Source of the DNA: a virus
Strand: one strand, 5' to 3'
IMG/VR virus record: IMGVR_UViG_3300015241_000015
Span: 1-64,000 of that record
DNA length: 64,000 nt
The stretch's first letter is position 1; every line of letters begins with the position of its first letter. The notes under the pieces are model-generated. The model did no database searches. It saw nothing but the letters and a program-made list of their open reading frames with translations, and was not told the origin of the DNA. Below, one piece after another: positions 58,416 through 64,000 of the stretch. The position numbers and the translations under genes are program-made.

Positions 58416-59080
58416 AAACAGGACTCACGCAATTCACGCTCGTACTCGATCGTAGCGGTTCGATGGAATCAATCAAGGATGCCACCATCGCCGGGGTCAA
58501 CGAGTTCATCCTGGCGCAAAAGCATGTGCCAAGCGAAGCCAATATTTACGCCGTCAAATTCGACACTGAATACGAAATAATTTACGAAGGCTCTCTTGGG
58601 GCGATGCCACTGCTCGACGGCAACAGTTATCAGCCACGCGCCAACACCGCTCTCCATGACGCCATAGGCCGAGCCATCACCCACACGGGGCAGACGCTGG
58701 CGAGCCAACCGGAGCAGGAGCGGGCGGAGAAAGTGATTTTTGCCATCATGACCGACGGACTGGAAAACGCCTCACGCGAGTATGACCGCGAGAAGATCGC
58801 ACAGATGGTTAAGCTCCAGCGGGAAATCTACAAATGGGAATTCCTCTATCTGGGCGCGAACCAGGATGCGGTGCTGGTGGGAGAGCAGTTGAATATTCCG
58901 AGATCGCACTCTGTAACCTACGCTGCGGCGCCAGCAAATGTCATGTCTGTTATACGCGGCATGTCGGCCAATGCCCAGATGTATCGCCAGGGGGTAGGTG
59001 GAGCAAGGGCGATGGCGTTCACCAATGAACAGCGCAACGAGGCTGTCATCGCAGACGATGTGCGAGAAGCCGCGAAGTAA
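58412..59080 (+). CDS. von Willebrand factor A domain protein
   Basis: MIDAS motif DRSGSM; TALHDAIG; TDGLENAS; FLYLGANQDA. Confidence 0.9.
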   Translation: MKTGLTQFTLVLDRSGSMESIKDATIAGVNEFILAQKHVPSEANIYAVKFDTEYEIIYEGSLGAMPLLDGNSYQPRANTALHDAIGRAITHTGQTLASQPEQERAEKVIFAIMTDGLENASREYDREKIAQMVKLQREIYKWEFLYLGANQDAVLVGEQLNIPRSHSVTYAAAPANVMSVIRGMSANAQMYRQGVGGARAMAFTNEQRNEAVIADDVREAAK

Positions 59081-59098
59081 GAGGAGAGATAAATCAAG

Positions 59099-60286
59099 AT
59101 GGCGTGGACTTGTAACGATTGCGGACTAGTACGAGAGAAACCCGAGAAGCGCATCCCCACAGGCTGGAAGAAAATCCCGGCGCATGAAACTCGACTGGAG
59201 GCGCTCTACTGCCACGCCTGCCTCTTGAAGCGCTACTCCCTGCGCGCCATTACCATTCCCGTGGCTTCACCACTGGACTGCGACTGGAAAGAACTGGACG
59301 CCAAGCTGGCATCGATGTGGCAAATGACCACCCAGATGTCCAACTGGATCATGACGCAACTCTACTCCCGCGATACCATGCGCGTGAACTCGACAGACAA
59401 GCTTGCGCCCATGCCGCGCATTTATCTCTACCCAGAACTGCGAGTCAAGTGGCCGCAGATGCCCAGCCAATGCACGGCCAGCCTGGAGCAAAGCGTAAGC
59501 AAAAAATATCGGGCGCTCCGTCGCTTCGTGATTGGAAGCTACAGTAAGAGCCTGCCGTCAATGCGCTACCCGACTCCCTTCCCGATCCCAGCCCAGGGCT
59601 GGTCGGTGTTCATCGACAACCAATGTCCGGTGGTCAGTGTGCGGATTGGGGATAGCCGAATGAAACTGCGATTGCGGGGTGGATTCCGCTATCGCCGGCA
59701 ACTCGGAGCCGTGAAGGAAATGATCTCGGGCGCGGCCATGACCGGGGAGTTGGCCATCTTCCGCAATCGCGATGAGATTCTGGTCAAACTGGTGGCGTGG
59801 TTGCCGCGGCTGGCGCAGAAGAAACGCGATGGCGACCTGATAGTCCGCACCACCAAAGAGTCTCTCCTATGCGCGCTCAACGCCAAAGATGAGGTGTTAT
59901 GGAATTACAACGCCGATCATATCCTCAAATGGCAGAGCGAACACCGCCGCCGACTGCAACGTTGGGCAGAAGACCAAAAATATGAGCAGCGCCCGGTTCC
60001 AACCTTCGCCGCATGGCGCGAGATTATGGTGGAGAGGCAACGCGACCGGATGGACAGCGCTTGTCATCAAATCGCGGCGCAACTGATCGGCTACGCGGCC
60101 CGCCGCAATTTCGCGCAAGTGATCTACGACGATTCAGATACTTCGTTCGCGGCCGAGTTCACATATTTCAAATTGCGGCAATTGATTGAGGAGAAAGCAA
60201 ATTATGAGGGGATAATTTTTATTCACGCAAATCAGGCCACATCTGTTGTAAAATCTGAAACGTTGCCGGACAAGGCAACTGAATAA
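59099..60286 (+). CDS. Nuclease-dead miniature Cas12f/TnpB-like RNA-guided protein
   Basis: N-terminal CxxC...CxxC; RDRMDSACHQIAAQLIGYA...VIYDD (RuvC-II region); FTYFKLRQLIEEKA...GI; RuvC-I position reads LIVRT instead of GxD; ends before Zn finger/RuvC-III; arrays directly downstream. Confidence 0.75.
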   Translation: MAWTCNDCGLVREKPEKRIPTGWKKIPAHETRLEALYCHACLLKRYSLRAITIPVASPLDCDWKELDAKLASMWQMTTQMSNWIMTQLYSRDTMRVNSTDKLAPMPRIYLYPELRVKWPQMPSQCTASLEQSVSKKYRALRRFVIGSYSKSLPSMRYPTPFPIPAQGWSVFIDNQCPVVSVRIGDSRMKLRLRGGFRYRRQLGAVKEMISGAAMTGELAIFRNRDEILVKLVAWLPRLAQKKRDGDLIVRTTKESLLCALNAKDEVLWNYNADHILKWQSEHRRRLQRWAEDQKYEQRPVPTFAAWREIMVERQRDRMDSACHQIAAQLIGYAARRNFAQVIYDDSDTSFAAEFTYFKLRQLIEEKANYEGIIFIHANQATSVVKSETLPDKATE

Positions 60287-60299
60287 AAGAAGAATTTTC

Positions 60300-60417
60300 A
60301 TGCTACCGACAAGCTGAGCTGCGGAACCGTCTGATACGTTTACCGATCAGCCGCGAGCAGAGAAGCCGCTAAGCGCTACGGATATCGTCCCTTGTGGATG
60401 CGGCCCGTAGGGTGACC
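60300..60417 (+). ncRNA. Structured scaffold (tracr/omega-like) RNA, copy 1
   Basis: ~80% identical by hand alignment to 62395-62513, with compensatory pairs; ends in the anti-repeat CCCGTAGGGTGACC. Confidence 0.7.
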
Positions 60418-60453
60418 TTTTGACAACTCAATATGGGCGCTCCGGGGTCCCTA

Positions 60454-61655
60454 GGTCACTGCGGGGGAACTCTTGGGGTGATAATCGTGGTCGCCTCGGT
60501 TCGACTCTGTGCAGTCACTTCGGGGACGACTGGTGCGGTCACTTCGGGGATAACCGCCATCGTCACCTCTGGCATTGCTCTTAAATGAAAATCGCTCACC
60601 TCGGGTGACGCGCTCTAGGGATCGTGGTCACTGCGGGTAAAAACGGATGATGGTCGCCTCGGGCTTGACGATTTCGATCACTTCGGGTTGCTGTTGGGAT
60701 GGTCGCTTCGGGGACGACTGGCGCGGGTCACCTCGGGTCGACTGGCAAGGCGTCACTTCGGGTCTATCAGATTTGGTCGCCTCGGGGCCGTATCTTCGCT
60801 GCTATATTCAAGCGGTTACCTCGGGTATGTGTCTGTGTTCTTGACTGCGCCTACTGGTCCACTTCGGGACGATGCGACCATGGTCATCTCGGGAAATGTG
60901 CCGAGGTCACTTCGGGTTGAGCCTGATGGCCCAAAAGTCACCTCGGGATAATCTGTGTGGCTGTCCTTCAATCCAATGGTCACCTCGGTATGGCGCCTGA
61001 GCAGTTCACCTCGGGCCAGAGTACCACTGCCAACAGTTCTGGTCACCTCGGGCCGGATGCTTTCAATCGATGGTCACCTCGGGACAGGCAAGGTCACTTC
61101 GGGTACACCCTGAACCGTCTTTACCACTGGCAAAAATCTGGTCACCTCGGGACGCGGTCAAGCCATAAGCGGTCACTTCGGGAGGTCACTTCGGGAAAAG
61201 CGACCAATGCAGTCACCTCGGGATATCCTCGGATCTAGCAACGGTCACTTCGGGATGGAGGGAAGTCATTGGCTCATTTGGCCAAAGCACCCGTGAGGTG
61301 ACCTAAATACAAAATGGTTACCTCGGGAGTAGGGATATGGTCTTCTCTCTCAAAGTAGCGGCACCTGAGGTGACCTAAAGACAATTCGGTCACTTCGGGG
61401 CAATGATACATCAAGGTCACTTCGGGAAGAAAATGGCCAGGAAACGCTAGCGCCATTGGGTCACTTCGGGGAGGCGCTCCTTTCAAAAGAAACAAAACTG
61501 GTCACTTCGGGAAGGATTCGTACAAGGCCCGGTCACTTCGGGAACGTTGGCACATGGGTCACTTCGGGAGTATTGCAATTTGGTCACTTCGGGTTATGCC
61601 CATGTCGATATGGGTTGGTCACTTCGGGCTAAGCGCGATTGAAGGTCACTTCGGG
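60454..61655 (+). CRISPR. Compressed CRISPR-like array: 36 half-repeats GGTCACYTCGGG plus 2 full 37-nt repeats
   Basis: Hand count; spacers 1-36 nt, mostly 12-20; full repeats at 61291-61327 and 61363-61399. Confidence 0.8.
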
Positions 61656-61695
61656 ATGAGACTATACCTCTTGACGGCCATGACACAATCAAGTC

Positions 61696-62298
61696 ATGGC
61701 CAAGCCACTCATCAACGATACCCACGGCAATACTTGGCGAGTGTCCGCTGACATTGCCGGAACTCTTCTGGCAACCTTCGTCGCCAGCCAATCCACCATC
61801 CCGCTCTACATGTCCGAACGAAGCGCGCCGGAGACGGTGTACGAAGTAAAGATCCTGCCCAACGGCTTCATTGGAACTTTCTTGGTTCCTAACGCCAAGA
61901 CCCATGGAGCGAGCGAAGTATGGCTGGACACCCCTGATCCGACCATCTTCTACTTCTTGCAAATCAAAGGCGGGATACTGCAAGTGCAAATCAATCAGCC
62001 CTTCGGAACCCCGCTGGTGGCCGGCCAACTCTACCAGAACGATGGAACTACACCGATCGCACTCCAGCCTGGCGGGATTGGAACGCCGGTGACTATGCCG
62101 GTCCAGACTCAAGGCGAAAACCTGGGGCTATGGGTGGCGGGTTGTGGGCACTGGTTCACCAACTGGGATATTTTCTCAGCACAGATCTCGGGGCAGACCT
62201 CGGCTCTGATATGCTGCCCAGTGTGCTATTACATTCAGCGGGTGATTACGCCGTACTCGTTGATCCACACCGACGCCAACATGATTATTTTTGCGTGA
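61696..62298 (+). CDS. Hypothetical protein bracketed by half-repeats
   Basis: 200 aa; C-terminal CGH...CCPVC; half-repeats at 61644-61655 and 62299-62310. Confidence 0.65.
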   Translation: MAKPLINDTHGNTWRVSADIAGTLLATFVASQSTIPLYMSERSAPETVYEVKILPNGFIGTFLVPNAKTHGASEVWLDTPDPTIFYFLQIKGGILQVQINQPFGTPLVAGQLYQNDGTTPIALQPGGIGTPVTMPVQTQGENLGLWVAGCGHWFTNWDIFSAQISGQTSALICCPVCYYIQRVITPYSLIHTDANMIIFA

Positions 62299-62394
62299 AG
62301 TCACTTCGGGCGGTGGTCTTGGGATGCGGCAGAGCAGGCACGAAAAAGCCTGGAGCCGCTCGCGAAGATGTAAGTGAATGAAAATGAACTTTTT

Positions 62395-62513
62395 ATGCTA
62401 CCGACAAGCTGAGCCGCATCACCGTCTGGAACGTTTACCGACCAGCCGCTCGCGGAGAAGCCGACAAGCGTCACGGATATCAGCCACTTACGGCTGCGGC
62501 CCGTGAGGTGACC
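62395..62513 (+). ncRNA. Structured scaffold RNA, copy 2, fused to the first full repeat
   Basis: Paralog of 60300-60417; runs directly into the repeat at 62501-62537. Confidence 0.7.
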
Positions 62514-62683
62514 TAAAGATCAAACGGTTACCTCGGGATCACGGTCTTGGATGTGATCCTCCATCCCGTTATCCGTGAGGTGACCTAAAGACAATTCGGT
62601 CACTTCGGGCAGGACTATCTGCCGGTCGCTTTCAAGCGTGACGGCCCCCTGAGGTGACCTAAAGACAAAATGGTTACCTCGGG
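62501..62683 (+). CRISPR. Mini CRISPR array: 3 repeats of 37 nt and 2 spacers (35 and 37 nt)
   Basis: Repeats CCSTGAGGTGACCTAAAGA-N6-GGTYACYTCGGG at 62501, 62573 and 62647; the repeat forms a hairpin. Confidence 0.85.
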
Positions 62684-62759
62684 TGAAGGAGATGCAAAGG
62701 AAGCCGGACTCTACCGGTAGAGGCTGAAATGCCGATAGAGGCCACAGAGGCAGAACTCC

Positions 62760-63305
62760 ATGGCGGAATTTGAACCAGCGGTGAAGATCGTTCTGAAGCA
62801 CGAAGGCGGTTTCCAGATTGATCCAAATGACGACGGGAACTGGACGGGCGGCATAAAGGGGCGCGGAGAATTAAAAGGAACTAATCACGGCATATCTGCG
62901 GCATCCTATCCAGCCGAAAATATAAAAACACTAACAGAAGATCGCGCCAAGGAAATCTATCTGCGCGACTATTGGCTCGATGGGCAGTATCAATCGCTCA
63001 AGTCTCAGGATGTCGCCAACAAGCTGCTCGATTTGTCAGTAACCATGCAGGGGAAAGGCTCGATCGGGTCAGCCATCCGGCTGTTGCAGAAGGCCATCAA
63101 TGCTTTGTATATGGACGGGCAGGCTCCTGTGATTGTCGATGGCAGTTGGGGAGCGAGCACTCAGACGGCCGCCAACGCTCTCGATGCGGCGGATCTACTG
63201 GCGGCGCTCAAGGATCAGGCGGTCGGCCACTACCGGCAGATTGCCGAGATGTATCCGCGCAAGGCGGTCTATTTAAAAGGCTGGGAGAAACGAGTTCTTG
63301 CATGA
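62760..63305 (+). CDS. Endolysin, glycoside hydrolase family 108 with a PG-binding region
   Basis: HEGG...DP.D.G...GTNHGIS...A..IY.RDYW; VDGSWG; GW..R. Confidence 0.9.
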   Translation: MAEFEPAVKIVLKHEGGFQIDPNDDGNWTGGIKGRGELKGTNHGISAASYPAENIKTLTEDRAKEIYLRDYWLDGQYQSLKSQDVANKLLDLSVTMQGKGSIGSAIRLLQKAINALYMDGQAPVIVDGSWGASTQTAANALDAADLLAALKDQAVGHYRQIAEMYPRKAVYLKGWEKRVLA

Positions 63306-63348
63306 AAGTGAAAAGTATGGTTGATTTAGATGAGACTTAGCTTACACT

Positions 63349-63624
63349 GTGCAAATGAACGACGTTGAACTTACCCCGCCAGTTGAAATTCCTCCACTAG
63401 AAATAGCCCCGATCCCGCCCACACTCAAAGACGCAGCCGTGCTGATTGAAGAGATTGCCCACCATTTACGGCATTTCGTGAAGCATGACTTGCCAGTACT
63501 CGAAAGGCAAGGGCACGATTTCGCAGTCAGCGTGAAACACAAATTTTCCAACTGGCTGGCCGAGGCTGATGCCTATCTGGCCGCCGAGTCGCCAGTAGAA
63601 GTAGCGCCAACGGTGGAGTCTTAG
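63349..63624 (+). CDS. Hypothetical protein
   Basis: 91-aa ORF after the endolysin. Confidence 0.5.
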   Translation: MQMNDVELTPPVEIPPLEIAPIPPTLKDAAVLIEEIAHHLRHFVKHDLPVLERQGHDFAVSVKHKFSNWLAEADAYLAAESPVEVAPTVES

Positions 63625-63658
63625 ACTCCTCTTAGGCAACAGAAAGAAGAACGACTTT

Positions 63659-64000
63659 ATGGCAATTCCCTCCTTGAATCCCTACCTTGCTCCCAGTCTG
63701 GTATGCCCGGCCTGTGGCGATGTAATCGCTCCTGAAGTAGCCCGGATGAACAAGCACCGCGTATCGGAAGTTGTTTATCTATGCGCCAATCCCGCAACCA
63801 ATTGCGCCTGGAAGGTGAACGTATCGTTGCAGCATGTTGCGGGCGAGATGACATCGATCGCGCCGACGGACCTCGAAGATCGGCGGAATCAGGCCATGCA
63901 GTTCGCGGAGTTCCGCACCAAGCGCGAAGCCCAAATCAGCCAACTGATCGCCATTCTGCCCAAGCTACTCAAGGTCGCGGACTTGGCCTTGGATACGGCG
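63659..64000 (+). CDS. Hypothetical zinc-ribbon protein, runs off the window
   Basis: MAIPSLNPYLAPSLVCPACG...C....NC; open to the end of the window. Confidence 0.5.
   Translation, partial: MAIPSLNPYLAPSLVCPACGDVIAPEVARMNKHRVSEVVYLCANPATNCAWKVNVSLQHVAGEMTSIAPTDLEDRRNQAMQFAEFRTKREAQISQLIAILPKLLKVADLALDTA

Noticed and set aside
59099-60286. Active IS200/IS605 TnpB transposon or cutting Cas12
   Set aside because: No TnpA nearby; RuvC-I Asp and RuvC-III are absent; the gene is followed by arrays.
60454-61655. TIGR-type array
   Set aside because: No alternating dual repeats with fixed short spacers and no Nop-domain gene; the 12-mer derives from the 37-nt CRISPR repeat.
60647-61751. Short ORFs across the array (VTSG/GHFG repeats)
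   Set aside because: Translation artefacts of the 12-nt repeat, appearing in several frames without an RBS.

Overview
This 64-kb window looks like part of a temperate bacteriophage genome in its non-integrated form, because attP is intact inside int and phage genes lie on both sides. The host is probably Acidobacteriota-like (an inference from gene style). Layout: (i) 1-12.7 kb, putative injected virion proteins, including a 3619-aa polyvalent SLT/zincin/SF2-helicase protein; (ii) 12.7-31.5 kb, a mostly leftward replication/recombination/lysogeny block (primase-helicase, Dam-like MTase, tyrosine integrase with a tRNA-Gln attP, Xis, exonuclease, Bet, Cro-like HTH); (iii) 31.6-38.2 kb, rightward accessory genes (BrnT pseudogene/BrnA, HNH, TM-receiver fusion); (iv) 38.4-50 kb, small leftward early-type genes around a non-coding, strand-skewed region; (v) 50-64 kb, rightward accessory genes and a GH108 endolysin. 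Two candidate RNA-guided systems stand out. (A) 59.1-62.7 kb: a nuclease-dead, C-terminally truncated Cas12f/TnpB-like gene, a duplicated ~118-nt structured scaffold with compensatory substitutions, a normal 37-nt-repeat mini-CRISPR, and a compressed array of ~37 twelve-nt half-repeats (GGTCACYTCGGG) with mostly 12-20-nt spacers. (B) 23.4-24.2 kb: a small RAMP/Cas7-like gene beside a promoter- and terminator-bounded (GGC-NN)x21 RNA. Its NN dinucleotides, read as codon positions 1-2, spell an integrase-like peptide. All protein calls come from reading motifs by eye; no database searches were run.
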